DNA from: Octopus vulgaris
Taxonomy: Eukaryota
Reading direction: 5' to 3'
DNA: 64,000 nucleotides
Assembly: GCA_951406725.2 (NCBI GenBank)
Contig: OX597828.1
Location: 9,672,001-9,736,000 of the forward strand
How positions within the stretch are numbered: the stretch's first letter is position 1; each line of letters begins with the position of its first letter. Under the pieces are notes generated by a model, which was not told where the DNA came from, did no database searches, and saw only the letters and a program-made list of their open reading frames with translations. A program made the translations under genes and the position numbers. Positions 25,274-40,060 of this stretch are shown piece after piece.

Positions 25274-25673
25274 GGGGTTGAAGTGCCTGTTCGGTAAGTA
25301 GCTTGCTTACAAACCAGATGGTACCGGGTTCAGTCCCACTGCCTGGAACCTTGGGCAAGTGTCTTCTACCATAGCCTCGTGAGTGGATTTGGTAGACGGA
25401 AACTGAAAGAAGCCCATCTTATATATGTATATATGTGCATATATGTATGTGTGTGTGTGTGTATGTTTCTGTGCCTGTATTTGTCCCCCCAGCATCACTT
25501 GACAACCGATGCTGGTGTGCTTATGTCCTCGTAACTTAGCGGTTTGGCAAAAGAGATGGATAGAATAAATACTAGGCTAACAAGGATAAGTCCTGGGATC
25601 AATTTGCTCGACTAAAGGCGGTGCTCCAGCATGGCCACGGTCAAATGACTGAAACAAATAAAAGAATAAAGAG
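25274..25673 (+). mobile_element. SINE family A
   Basis: Head, CORE-like segment, internal microsatellite and tail present; TA tracts on both sides. Confidence 0.9.
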
Positions 25674-25679
25674 TATGAG

Positions 25680-25766
<87 letters not shown>

Positions 25767-26601
25767 GTTTATATATATATTTTTTATTTTATGCATATAC
25801 ACATATACATTTATGCGTGTGTGTATTATGTATTATATGTATTTATATACATTTAGATATAAGAATCTATTTACGTGTATGCATATGCACACACTAACAC
25901 ACATGCACATTGAGACACGAACACACATACACACACACATAAACTCACGTAAATGCACACAAACATATACCTTAACATACACATATGCGCTCAAAGCTGG
26001 ACACACCGTCCATCTCTATTCTACTTTTTCTGTCTTGAGGCACGCTCAGGCAAAAAGAAGCAGGCGAATCTGCTTTATCGTTTGAATGGACATAGAAGTT
26101 AAGAAATTAGGAGGAGCATCTTTGAACATAGTAATAAACTCTCATGCATGTATTTATAATTTATCTCCCTTGGTTACATCCTTATTTATGTCATTTGTCC
26201 CTGTTTCTCTTTAGTGTGGCACTTCAGCTCCCATATTTATTGCAGCGAAGATATTATTATAGAACGATAACTTTGTTACGCATTTACGTAGAGCATACTT
26301 TCATTCATTACACGTTTTATTCAAAATACTAAGTTTATTTTAGTCAATATTCTCGTATTTTTTAAACCTAACCTAATACTAATCACTGAGTGCTGCTGTG
26401 GCAAACATCTTTATTTACTCATAATTTTTCTTGGCGTATAGAGACTATGTTAGGTTCTTCGTATATGACAGAGTCAGGTAAGACACTATGGATATCTAGC
26501 ATATATATGACTTATTCTAAGAGTTATAGATAAATAGATAGAGAGAGAGAAAGCGAGAGAGAAAGAGAGCGAAAGAGACAGAGAGAGAGAGACATAGTGG
26601 G

Positions 26602-26651
<50 letters not shown>

Positions 26652-27359
26652 CTGTTCACTCATGCACGCACAAACACACGCGCGCACATATAGCTATATT
26701 TTCTTAAAAATCCTCTTCATTAGATTACCGATTGCGACATTAAAGGACATTTAGTTACATTTTCTATCAGGTTAAAATGTCCGAGAGGAAATATTTTTTG
26801 TCACTAGGATTATTTTTATATTTCATTTCCTTCTGGCGCTTGTGTCCGATAGTGTTACTTCATTTGCTTGCTGTTAAAAGAATTCTAATTAGCGGAAATA
26901 ATTTAAGAGCGTGTGGTGACATCCATGAGTTTCTGAAGCACATTCTCAAACAGAATCACTATCAAGGAATAGAGATTCTAGTTTCAGAAAGAAACGCTTT
27001 CGTGAAACCTAATTCGCCATTGACAGCCCTTAGTGAATTATACTGTTTACAAAATATTGTGATTAAAAAATAAAACACGCGAATCTTTACGAGAGATGAA
27101 AACGAAAAGTTTTTTGATGTTTGTGCCTTTCAAATGAGGAGTGCCGAAATAGGCGTAATGAAACACCTTTAATAAAGACAATAATCTTTGTTACGTAAAC
27201 TTTCAAGTTTGTTTACGTTCTGGAATACAGCGTACGCTCGAATAACTGCGTTTATGTTTATCGGGGTGCACAAAACTATAAATGAGCAGACGCAGACCTA
27301 CGCATTGGCGTTAGCTTTCACAAGCAGCAACTAAATATAAAAATAATTTATCGTATAGC

Positions 27360-27420
27360 GGTGGTGCCCCAGCATGGCCGCAGCCATCAGGCTAAAACAT
27401 TTTTAAGGATTTAAGGATTT
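27360..27420 (+). mobile_element. Orphan LINE 3' tail
   Basis: GGTGGTGCCCCAGCATGGCCGCAG followed by (TTTAAGGA)2. Confidence 0.75.
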
Positions 27421-27930
27421 ATATTTATAGAGAAAAAATAGACAGTCATAGATGACCTGTATGTGATCAAAATTATAGTGGATCAAATCTACCCTGGTTC
27501 AAGGTAACAAATTCAACACATTGCATATACTGTCGCAGAGAAAAATATTAGGTGATATCGAAGACCTAATGTTGGATCAAACAACCTTTATTGAATATAA
27601 ACGATATTAAATTACTTTCTTGCGCCCTGTCTCGGTTGGCTTTGCCTTTCATTCCTCCAGGCTCCATAAGTTAAAGTACTAGTACAAATTAAAGTAGTCC
27701 ACATATTAAAGTAATAGTACAAATTAAAGGACTTGTGTTGAATGTGTTGGTTATTCCCCTCCCTTGAAAACTATTGGCCTCGTACCTACATCAGGAAAAA
27801 ATTATATTATCATTCATGTTGTTGTTGCTTTGTTTTATACGAGCGATTCCAAGTCCAACTCAAGTAAGAGCAAGTTGGTCGTTTTATTCTGTGTGTTACA
27901 TATCATTAGCAATGATATGAGTGTAGGAGT

Positions 27931-28092
27931 AGTGTAGGAGTGGCTGTGTGGTAAGTAGCTTGCTTACCAACCATATGGTTCCGGGTTCAACCCCACTGCG
28001 TGGCACTTTGGGCAGGTGTCTTCTACTATAGCCTCGGGCCGACCAAAGCCTTGTGATTGGATTTGGTAGACGGAAACTGAAAGAAGCCCGTA

Positions 28093-28159
<67 letters not shown>

Positions 28160-28377
28160 CGTGTATGTTTGTGTCTGTGTTTGTCCCCCTAACATCGCTT
28201 GACAACCGATGCTGGTGTATTTACGTCTCCGTAACTTAGCGGTTCGGTAAAAGTGACCGATAGAATAAGTACTAGGCTTACAAGGAATAAGTCCTGGGGT
28301 AAATTTGCTCGACTAAAGGCCGTGCTCCAGCATGGCCGCAGTCAAATGACTAAAACTAGTAAAAGAGAGAGTAAAGA
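27931..28377 (+). mobile_element. SINE family A
   Basis: Full-length copy; AGTGTAGGAGT duplicated at the 5' end (27920-27941). Confidence 0.9.
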
Positions 28378-28393
28378 AGTATATATTGTAGAT

Positions 28394-28928
28394 TGGGAGA
28401 TCAGAATCAGAGTACTCAGATTCTGTTAAACTTGTAATGTTTCAGTTTTGTAAACATTTCAACAGAGTCAAATCTATTCAGTTTGACAGTGATTTTCTTA
28501 GGATCTGGGCAATGCCCACCCATGAGAACATTTTTTTGTAGTACTGATCCTTCTAGTTTTCCTGGTATTTGGTCGGAGCGTTCAATATTGCATTTCGGTA
28601 TTGTGCCCAATGCTCCAATGATCACAGGTACAGTTGTTGTAATTAGATACTTCATTTTTGAGACCTCTACTTCAATATCCTTGAATTTACTTAAATTTTA
28701 AATAAGTACCGCTGGCTGCTGAGACTGACATATCTATAAGCATGTAATTTTTATCAACATGTTTATTTTGTCACAAAATATTGATCTTTGGCTTGCATAG
28801 CGCGAACATTTTATATTATCATTCATGTTTTATATTCAAACTGAATAGATTTGACTCCGTTGAAATGTTTTCAAAACTGAAACATTACAAGTTTAACTGA
28901 ATCTTAGGACTCTCATTCTGATCTCCCA
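28394..28928 (-). mobile_element. R4/Dong 3' fragment bracketed by a 93-bp inverted duplication of its 3'UTR
   Basis: Minus frame KFKDIEVEVSKMKYLITTTVPVIIGALGTIPK..LQKNVLMG; 28394-28486 is a near reverse complement of 28836-28928. Confidence 0.8.
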
Positions 28929-29779
28929 CTCCTATTATAATAATAATATTAAAAACCCTAGCAACAGGGATAGTTTCATACTTTTCTATTTGGCATGATT
29001 CTGTTCAAATCTCCTCTCATATGGTAGCCCAAACATACAGGTTGTGGCTAGGTACTAATACTGACTACGTATGTCATAGCGATGAATATATCAACTTGAG
29101 GCTAATATAGAGCATCCAAAGATGAGGTGATTAGTTGTTTTTCAGCTTCCTCTACAAAAGCAGATGGCAGGATCAACACCATTTTCAAAAATACTTATTT
29201 GGCAGTTTCTGGTGGGTAGGCATTGATCCAGTTTTGAGTACTTTTTTTTTTAACATCAGCTTCTCTAGCCCTTATAGGTCTTATAGTGTATTTACCTTGC
29301 AATATCATAATTTTCCATGTATTTTGCAGTTATTTTGCTGGGAGATACAAACGAACTGAATAGGTGCATTTGAGAATGTACGCACCATCATCACAGCCAA
29401 AAGCAACTAGATCTTCAACTCCTCACCATCACCACGACTATCACAAATACACCCACTACCAGCCCAATTATAAACAAATATATACACTCAACAGTAGTCA
29501 GGTCACACACCGCAACACTAACTTCAAGTAACAGAAAGGAAATTATTAACTACACAGTGATACAAATCACACACAATAACCACATTACTTTATCTTCCAG
29601 CATCCGATGACATGAAAACAAAATCGTCCATAAATTACAACAGCCATGTAACATTGAAAAATACATGCAAAATGAAGTAGGAAACATTAGGTAACCAAAT
29701 ACCTGTCACTCCATAGGTGTAAGTCATCAGATCCTTTCTCACCATCGTGATTCTCTCAAGGTTAGTTCAGTGTGTACGT

Positions 29780-31115
29780 GTTTCACCATCCGCAAGAAGA
29801 TACGTACGGTTTTTCGGTTGGAATTCGGTCGAGACGTATAGCAGGTCGAAAATGAAAGATGGATTTCAGTGCCTACTCTGAATGCCTGCCACAACTGTTG
29901 GCAAGAAATGTAGAGTTGAGAAAAACTTATAAAAGACGCCGAAATAGACAGTGTAAATACTCATCCATTCGAAGCAGTACTACCTGCTGAACGACGTCAT
30001 GTCATAATGTATTGATGCGGTAGTCACTAGTGAGACCAGATTCCGATCCACACGGTTTCATTCCTCTTTTCAATGTATTTAAGATATCCGTACTTTCTCA
30101 ATTCTGGCAAGATCGGAAGATCGAACAGCTATGTCATTACGGAAGGATCTGTGCCACAATACTCAATATTTTTGGATCGATTAGGCAAGATGGTTGTTCT
30201 TGCTGTGAATACTAGCAAACAAGTACCTTCAAACTAGTAGTTGTTCATGTTCAGAGAGGAGTCAACAAACGGAATTGTAAATGTTAAGCTCCTGCATGCT
30301 ATTGGAGCACTAGAGCGCCAACTGATACGAAAGCGGGGTGTAGAAGCATTGCAAAGCTGATCAAATATTTGCAACTATCTAAAGAACACCGAATGGCATT
30401 TCTTGAATATATCGCTCTCGGCATGGTAAAACAGCGTTGGTTTATCCAGGATGGACAAGGTTTTGTCATTTTAAAATAAAACGGCTACATAGAGCACACA
30501 TTTGTGATGTATGCGCTAGACGTAGACAGGCGTCTTAGGAAGGGACCCTGTACTAGAAGGTAAACACGTCGTTCCAGGTGCGCCAATTTTAAACACCTTG
30601 AGAAAGCAAATTATACGTGCGTTGCGGGACGATCGTTAATAATATATAATGGCTCGCTCTGAAAGATTGATTAGAATTAATGCCACAGCAATAAACAAAA
30701 CATAGAATAGAGCTTGGATGAATGGCGCATAGGAGCTTAGATGAAATGCTTAGGAAAGGTGTCACAAAAGTTGCCTATGGAGGGAGACTGATTCTCGATC
30801 ATTTCTTTTGCTGCATGAAGGCTGCGATATCAGATCTAAGACGTGGGTTCTAAGAGGGAGGGGACGAAACCTGGTTGATTGGTCCGTGTGAAACAGACAA
30901 GTTTTTAAAACAAAGGATAGTTCCGTGTTTAGCGGACCATGAATGTTACAGGTTTCACCATCCGCAAGATATGTACGGCGTTTCAGTTGAAATTCGGTCG
31001 AGAGGTATGTCCGATCCTAAATGGAAGATGGATTTCAGTGTCTACTCTGAATGCCTGCTAAAACGTTTGGCAAGAAATGTGGAGTTGACAAAATCTTATA
31101 ATAGACTTGGAAATA
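29780..31115 (+). repeat. Diverged ~165-bp direct repeat pair (29780-29946 and 30952-31115)
   Basis: Both copies read GTTTCACCATCCGCAAGA..AATTCGGTCGAGA..AAGATGGATTTCAGTG..TACTCTGAATGCCTGC..TTGGCAAGAAATGT. Confidence 0.9.
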
Positions 31116-31700
31116 CGGAAGCGAGTGTTGGCTGCTAGGCATGTAAATAACATAGTTTGAATGGGTTGTCCTGTGACATTTATGGCAGATTTATATGGAG
31201 AACCCTTGAAAAATACATGCCACACCTGGCAGAACAACGAGATAATTTCCAGTGAGGTGAGTAAATGAGCGGTGGTGCTGATAATAAAAACGCTAATAAG
31301 GTGTATCACAAATGCTTGTACTATAACTGTTAAATTTAGATACACTTATGGCCAAAGTATTAGATAAAAGGTTGTCACTTGTCCTCGATGATCTGAGTAG
31401 TGATGCGGAACATGAATAATCCCCAAACAGATCTATTCGCCTTATATGATAATACATAACCTATGTACGAGGAACCTGGCATGGTCGGGGCCCTGATACA
31501 TTTAGCTCAATCATAAATTTCGGAGGGGTGATTACAATAGTGGTAACTATCCTCAGGGCGGTCTGTCTCTGTCCCTCTCCTCAGGTTAGATTGCTGCAAC
31601 ATGAAAAAGCAATTCTTCTGTGATTAGAGTGAATGGCCATGATAGGAGCCATTCAAAGACATGCACTTGGGGATTAATACATTCTCTGAAACCTAACATT
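30740..31700 (+). mobile_element. Degenerate L1/Tx1-clade ORF2 (endonuclease end plus RT start)
   Basis: GGRLILD, ADH, WKMDFS, then EPGMVGALIHLAQS* (compare GALINLDQSKAFD) and SVIRVNGH. Confidence 0.6.
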
Positions 31701-32307
31701 GTTCTATACTATCAAAAAAAAAAAACGGCATTATTACCATATTTTAAGCATGATGATAAGAAACTGTGGACAAGAACAACTCTTGAAAAATATGAATAAA
31801 AGCTCAAATCACTCTACAGATATGCGAAATTTAAATTCGTTATTTTCTATATCTGTTTTTCTCTCCTCTTTGTGCATCTCTGTTTCTGAAAGAAATCCCA
31901 TGTATGCTCATTACTAGATGTTGATATACTCCATCAGATATCACGAGATTGTTCCAATGACTCATGGCGGAGCGGTAATGGCTGCACAACACACACACAC
32001 GCACACATTCGTGTATGTGTGAGATAACAATAAAGAGAGTGGGGAGAGATAGATTGTGTGTGTCCGATACCTTTTGAGTAAGAATATATGTTTACAGTTG
32101 GGAGAGAATAATTATAAACAACCGTAGACTCGCAGAAACGCACACATGCACACATACACACACACACACGCACACGCACACATATACATATACCCTCACA
32201 CTCACACAAAGACAAAGAAACATACGTGCGAGTATGCGAGTATGTAAGAATATGTGCATGCATATAAAGAGTGGGGGAAGATACAGAAAGGAAGAGATAC
32301 GCAAATA

Positions 32308-32438
<131 letters not shown>

Positions 32439-33381
32439 TATATATAATATATTTGCGTAAGTACGTGTGGGGAGAGGAAGTTCAAATAGAAAGAAACACA
32501 CTGACCGCATTTTATTTCAGTAGCAATACATTTCACCTTATATGAAAACCTCTTATACATCTGCCATATTTCTCATATAACACACAATAGACTACGCTAA
32601 ATAACAGTCCTATAAACAAACAAGAACTCACTATACGGACGCATACGCAACCTGCCGCACACACACTCAGAGAAAAACAAACGCATATGTGTGTGACTAT
32701 ACATTATGTGTGTGTGTGTGTGAGTATACATTTCTATGTATAAATACGAGCAGTAAGTAATTTATCCAAATAAGCAACAAACGTTAGACTTTTGCCTAAG
32801 GGTGACTTTTAATGAGTGGAACCATTGTTCTTAGTATTCTACTCAAACTGTCTTGTCTATTTCAGCATGCTCCACGTTATTTATTTTATATCATTTAATA
32901 TAAATTTTAATAGAGGAAAATAAATACAAAGGAATGAAATTCTGCAAAGCATTTTTACATTGTCTATGTTACATCCTCGATATTGAATAGTGTTTTGAAT
33001 ATTACAGAATGCCTTCACGATGTACATGCATTTGATGTTTGTACAAAAACAATGGAAGAAAATTAAGGTTAATGTTTCGTTTTGTTACATGTTTATCGTG
33101 CTTATTAAAATATAGTTTTCATTTATTTAAGAAATCATATTTAACGCAAACACATTTTTAAATGTATTCATTTACTATTTTTGCTTGCTACAAACTTACG
33201 GCTATAGTTTTATCGTTCTGTGTATACATATTAAATATACATGTATGTATGCATAAGTGCTTTCTTTTACTCGCTCTCCTTAAAATTGCTGGCCTAGTGC
33301 CAAAATTTCAAACAATTATTGTTATCTTTTATATTTAATGTATTATTTTTTTCATTCTGTATCTCATTATTAATTTTCTAG

Positions 33382-33592
33382 GTGAGAGAGTGTCACATGA
33401 CAACTTGCTGGGGCTGACACTCTTTGACACTCGCTGACGATACATCGAGGAGGCCAGGGAACAGAAGAAGGAAAGAAGACATGCACCAAACACCAGAGCT
33501 GAAGACACCTCCGAAAGGGGGTGCCCCGTCACGTCAAAACGCTAGAGGAGTAGGGGTCGAAATTGAACGTTGCTCCTCCTGATGATGTCTTG
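33382..33592 (+). other. Candidate exon (GC-enriched island behind a strong splice acceptor)
   Basis: Long pyrimidine tract ending TTTTCTAG at 33381, then an abrupt shift to about 50% GC; all three frames contain stops, so UTR, terminal or non-coding exon if real. Confidence 0.3.
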
Positions 33593-34388
33593 AGCTAACT
33601 GGATCCTATAAAGGAGCTGTTGTGGTAGCAGACCACGAAACACGGTTGTAATTCCTCCTTTATCATATATTTGTGAAATGCCCATACAGACGGTTTTCAA
33701 GTTAAATGAAAAAGTACAAGTGTTCAAATGGAAAATAACGTTTCGCAAAATCTACATGTAGACAATTTTCAGTAACACGCCAATCTCTATTCTTTGTATG
33801 ATGGATAAATTGTAGAAATCTTGAGTCAAATAGCTGGGTATAAACTCCAGATATGCCTGTTAAGTACGTAATTGATTCATGAATTAGCTATGGTGCAATT
33901 TATCTAGTTACGTTAGTGTAATTTGTTAGGTTTTTCACTCGCTTTTACACAAAATTATAGTCATTTGGTGTTGCTCTGTCGATGGCATTTGCCATGTCTT
34001 CAGTGACATGGTAAATGCCAGGATAGTATATGTTCTCTTGTGCTCTCTGTCTAGACTAAATTTCTGTTGCATTTTCGTATTATCATTTTCAAAGGTAAAC
34101 GAAGTTTAATAGTAATAGTTGAAAGGTTTGGAAATTTCCTTTTCCCTGTGTATAGGGCTAAGGTGCTTTGTTAGTATTTTCATGACGAAACGATTTAAAT
34201 TCAATGCTGCATATTGAAACAAAGTACAAGTGTCAGAAGGAACCTATATGTCACTGCACATTGAAACAAAATAGAATTATCAGAATGCAAATTTCATACA
34301 TTCAATATTACACACATTTCACCTATGTCTTGAGTATGATCACATCTTTGCAAATATTCCTAGAGTCCGGAAAGTTGTTCCAGTATAA

Positions 34389-34596
34389 TCTTTTACTTGT
34401 TTTACTTGTTTCAGTCATTTACCTGCGGCCATGCCGGAGCACCACCTTTAATCGAGTAAATCGACCACAGGACTTATTCTTTGTAAGCCTAGTACTTTTT
34501 CTATCTGTCACTTTTGCCGAACCGCTAAGTTACGGGGACGTGAACACTCCAGCATCGGTTGTCAAGCGATTTGGGTGGGGACAAACACACACACAG

Positions 34597-34631
<35 letters not shown>

Positions 34632-34802
34632 CATATATACGACAGACTTCTTTCAGTTTCCGTCTACCAAATCCACTCACAAGGCTTTGGTCGGCCCGAG
34701 GCTATAGTAGAAGATACTTGCCCAAGTTGCCACGCAGCGGGACTGAACCCAGAACCATGTGGTTGGTAAGCAAGCTACTTACCACACAGCCACTCCTGCG
34801 CC
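34389..34802 (-). mobile_element. SINE family A
   Basis: Reverse complement of the full family A sequence. Confidence 0.92.
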
Positions 34803-35501
34803 TATGTGAATTTGTTTTGAATAGAAAAATTTTGGCTCGGTACTGAACGCATTTTTCAGTGCTGCAATCAGCTATAACCCTCATGACACAAGAGAGGCTA
34901 AGACGAACAGAAAAAGGCTGCACTTTCGGAGTTTTGTTATACGAGTTTACTTTCTTCTAGAAGGATGTTCTAACAAAAACTAGGTTTCTTTTACCCATTA
35001 TCAATAACATGCTGGTTAATGCGTAGCTGGTTCCCTAACATGGACACACACTCCCCAAACCTCTGAAACCTCTGTACTAAGAATCCATTAGCGAAATCAG
35101 TTCGAAATCATTCACAGGACATACATATATATATGTGCGAGTGTGTGTGTGTGTGTGTGTGCGTGATTTGTGTGTGTACGTGTGGTGGTGGTTGTAGCGC
35201 TCACAGGTACAGCTTACATCAATTCAGTACGAAGAAGAGGCTAAATAAACTATTGAAATCGTCATTCTTATCCAGTGCTTCTTCAGCAGATCTGGTATTT
35301 TATATGTATGTCTGTTAAAGGGGTCGCATTTCATGAAAGGCGAAACGACATCTGTAATATAGTGTATATTTTCGTTTTGAGGACAATATTTTAAGGGCTA
35401 CAATTAGTTTCAGTGATTATTTCCTTAACTTAACACATACATACGCATATGTATATAGTTACCTACATTCACACACACACATCTATCTATCAATCAATCT
35501 G

Positions 35502-35580
<79 letters not shown>

Positions 35581-35615
35581 CTCAATCTCTCTATCTCTCT
35601 CTCACTCTCTCTGTT

Positions 35616-35659
<44 letters not shown>

Positions 35660-36919
35660 GATAGATATATTTGTTTGTACATAAACGTACATATACGTAT
35701 ATAATATAAGTGTATGTATATACACATGCATATATATATATATATATATATGCACATATATGTTCATACATATATATTTGCTTATATACACATAAAGTTT
35801 ATGCCAAGCATATTCTTGCATAGATTTGTGTGTGGGAAGGCTTACACACACACACATGTATATATATATATATATATATAGATATATATTGGCATTCAAA
35901 CTTTCCTTGATCCTGTAATAAGGTATCTAACAATGAGATATTGTCATGTTAGGAAGAACAAAATATATATTTCATGCTTGCTAATTACAGTACATGTCTA
36001 GACAAGATACATTTTACATGAAAGATACACATGAAAATACATGACGAAGCTGAAGAGAAAGAGAAATGCTTGCTTTAATATTTGCATGATTTGGCCTGGA
36101 GGCAATTACAGACGAAACAACAAAATAATGAAAATAGGACGGAGAATATATTCAATTTGGATATATTGATAAATTCTTTTAATAATAAAATATATCAGGG
36201 CTTTTTTGTGTGTCTTTCATTCGCCTCGGTTGAGCGAACTTTTACCTACAATCTTAATCTCCCGAGTATTTTGTATAATAATTATTGACAATGCCAAAAT
36301 CAAAACACTGATTTCTCTTTAATCAGTGAGAGACTAGCAAACGTCAACGGTCCTGCGCTAAGAATTGATCACATTTAATAGCGGACGTCTATAATTCAGC
36401 ATTTTTACTGATAACATCAAACAATTAGGCGCATTCATTGGGTCATTATGGATATTCATATATCTTAAATATTTCTAACGAATAACCAATGCAGTCGATT
36501 GAGTAGTAAACTTTGCCGTGTACCTTTTCCTTATTGGCATATATATGTATATATTTTTTTTTCATCAATAAAATGCTTGATATATAAAATAAAATATAAA
36601 CATAAATTAAAGAGTGAATAAAACAATAAAGTTTATAGGTATCCCTCCTGAATATTCACAATATATTATTCATATGTATGTGTGTGTGTGTGATTATGTG
36701 TGCTTGTGTCAATATATAATATATATATATGTATATATACATATATATATTTATATATGTGTATATATATGTATATATGTATTTATATATATATATGTAC
36801 ATATGTATATATGAGTATATATATGTATATATGTATATATATATATGTATGATTGTGTACAGTCATAAATACACGCACATATGTATATATATTTACCTAT
36901 CTATTTATCTATACATATA

Positions 36920-36988
<69 letters not shown>

Positions 36989-37568
36989 CACGCATATATA
37001 TATGTATACATATATACATACACACATGCGTACATATACACTTTCAAACATACATACATGTGAGTGTGTGTGTGTGTGTGTGTGTGAGTGAGGAGGAGAG
37101 TAAGAGAAAATATGAGAACATTGATTATCGTGGGCTACTTTTTGAATATTTCGCCAGAAGCTGCAGTACCTGAAATAATCTATTCTGAAAGAAATCAAAA
37201 AACTATCAATCATTTATGAACTAAATAAACTGAATAATTTATTATACATGATCAGATTCGAAGTTCAAAAAAACCGAACACTTAGAACATATATTTCAAT
37301 GTTAATTTTCAGATTTACATTCAAATGTAGATGAATAATGTTTGAATTGCTTTAGATATATATTCACAGAAATATGCAGAGAATATATTTATTGTAAATC
37401 TCTTACATGTGAACGTGACTGAAACGCATAATTTCATCAAATATAGCAGTAGCTCTAGGCCAATTTATGACATCTAATAACTGAAAATATATTTGAATGC
37501 AAATTAATAATAAAAACTCTGAAATATCCGTCAGGAAGTTATGTTTGTTTATTAAGAAAAGAAACGAC

Positions 37569-37569
<1 letters not shown>

Positions 37570-37620
<51 letters not shown>

Positions 37621-37637
37621 CATTATTATTATTATCA

Positions 37638-37721
<84 letters not shown>

Positions 37722-37756
37722 TTATTATCATCATCATCACCACTATCATCATTATT

Positions 37757-37789
<33 letters not shown>

Positions 37790-37950
37790 CTTGTTATTGT
37801 TGCTGTCGTTGTTGTTGTTGTTGTTATCATTATCAGCATCATTGTTGTTATTACTATTGTTATTATTATTATCGTTTGTATTAGTAGTAGTAATACTATT
37901 ATTATCGTTTGTGTTGATGTTATTGTTATTATTATCATTAATATTATTTA
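37570..37950. repeat. Long compound (TTA)/(TCA)/(TTG)n repeat
   Basis: Read directly. Confidence 0.95.
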
Positions 37951-38127
37951 TAATATGGAATGGCTACATAGCACCTTTCATCCTTTTCAATTAATAAATC
38001 ATAAAAAAATACTTGCAGAGATCATTAAAATTAACTGATTAACTCCTTCGCCCAATAAATATATGGTTTCATTTCATCTTTATTCATGTTTATCCTCTTA
38101 TCTTATACACACACATACACACACGCA

Positions 38128-38170
<43 letters not shown>

Positions 38171-38237
38171 GATTGTATATAAATACATATACAGACACAC
38201 GCTTACACATAAACACACATGCACACGAACACGTACA

Positions 38238-38306
<69 letters not shown>

Positions 38307-38635
38307 TATGTTCCCGTATCCATACTGAGTAAAGTAATATATTCCTGAAAGTATTACGTTTGAAGCGAAATGTGCGATTTATGATGCGTATATTTGAGCA
38401 TTGTATTCCTGCCATATATATAGAGAGATTTCACTGGCTAATAGTTAGATATTATGTATATATATATAACACACACACACACATACACCACCCACACACA
38501 TATATATATATATGTATATGTATGTATGTATATATATATAGATATTTATATATATATGTATATATATATATATGTATATATATATATACATACATATATA
38601 TATGCATATATATATAAATATCTCTACATACATAC

Positions 38636-38686
<51 letters not shown>

Positions 38687-38723
38687 TATATGCATATATA
38701 TATAAATATCTCTACATACATAC

Positions 38724-38810
<87 letters not shown>

Positions 38811-39143
38811 TATATACTGTTTGGTTACGCTTGGGCGAATGCGTATGTTAATTATCAGTGCTCTCAAATTTGAAATACTTTACTTGTGAAGAGAATGAAT
38901 GAGTAGAAATATAATTTTACCTTTTGCACATCTCTCTAACTCCAAAACACGTTTACAGTTAATCTGAGCCGGGTGGATTCGTTATTTTTGTTACCCTTAC
39001 CTGCGTGTGTTGTTGAGTATTGCTGTCTGGGAGATGTTTTATGGTAGTAGAATAGAAGTTTAACTGCTATTTCAAAATTTCGGTATGTGGTGAAGGCAAT
39101 TTTGCAAAATCCTAATTATATTTATACTCATAATTATAGAATT

Positions 39144-39200
<57 letters not shown>

Positions 39201-39253
39201 GCATACATGCACACACACGCACATACAGACAGACATACACACACACACACACA

Positions 39254-39297
<44 letters not shown>

Positions 39298-39307
39298 CAT
39301 ATATATA

Positions 39308-39360
<53 letters not shown>

Positions 39361-39781
39361 ACGTCGCGTGTTTGATTGCATACAGAAGAATATATTACTG
39401 AAAGTAATTCCAACATTTTACTTACAATGTTATAATAATACAAGATAAGATAATATAAAATAATAAATGTCCATTGCGATTGAACTATTACTTTCTTGCA
39501 TTATACTTTGCAATGTTCAGGTCCATGTAATAAGGTAAAAGTTATGTTTTACAAATAACAACTGTAGTGACATGGCTAAAATGTTTGCCTTAAGTACATT
39601 TGTATAGGCACTAGAATGTTAAGTTTTGCAAACTGTATTCTGACTATTTAATGCGTGACTTTACTAAATTGTTGTTTGGTCACGGTTTGTTGACCTTGTC
39701 AAGAGACCTATATTTTGACCGTGGCCAATGCTGTATTAGTTTTGCTAATTTTAGAAATGTTGTAAACATATCCCAGGTAAA

Positions 39782-40060
39782 CGAGACACCAACAAAACTC
39801 CTTGTAACACCAAACATGGACTGAAGGCAAGGATTATGACAGCATTCACCATCTTAAACAAGAAGACCATCCAGAAGAGTTGCAGAAGATTCCGAAGTCG
39901 TCTCGAGGCCGTCATGGAAGACAAAGTCGAATTTATTGAATAAATTTACTGTTTAGTATTTCAAGATATTTTTATGTAATTTTGGTAAATATGTTGAAAT
40001 GCGATGTTAATGTTATTTGGATTTTTGTGTAATTTGGATGACAATATATTCGCCGCGCCC
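39782..40060 (+). mobile_element. Tc1/mariner-superfamily transposon 3' remnant
   Basis: TNKTPCNTKHGLKARIMTAFTILNKKTIQKSCRRFRSRLEAVMEDKVEFIE* matches the C-terminal CxxFxxRLxAVIxxxGxxIE motif; followed by a short trailer. Confidence 0.8.

Noticed and set aside
29040-29135. Possible third copy of the 4857/47434 structured motif in reverse orientation
   Set aside because: Similarity limited to a few short words; cannot be supported by eye
33495-33600. CTGAAGA and CTGATGA motifs in the GC island as hammerheads
   Set aside because: No GAAA after the stem and no stem III or cleavage triplet
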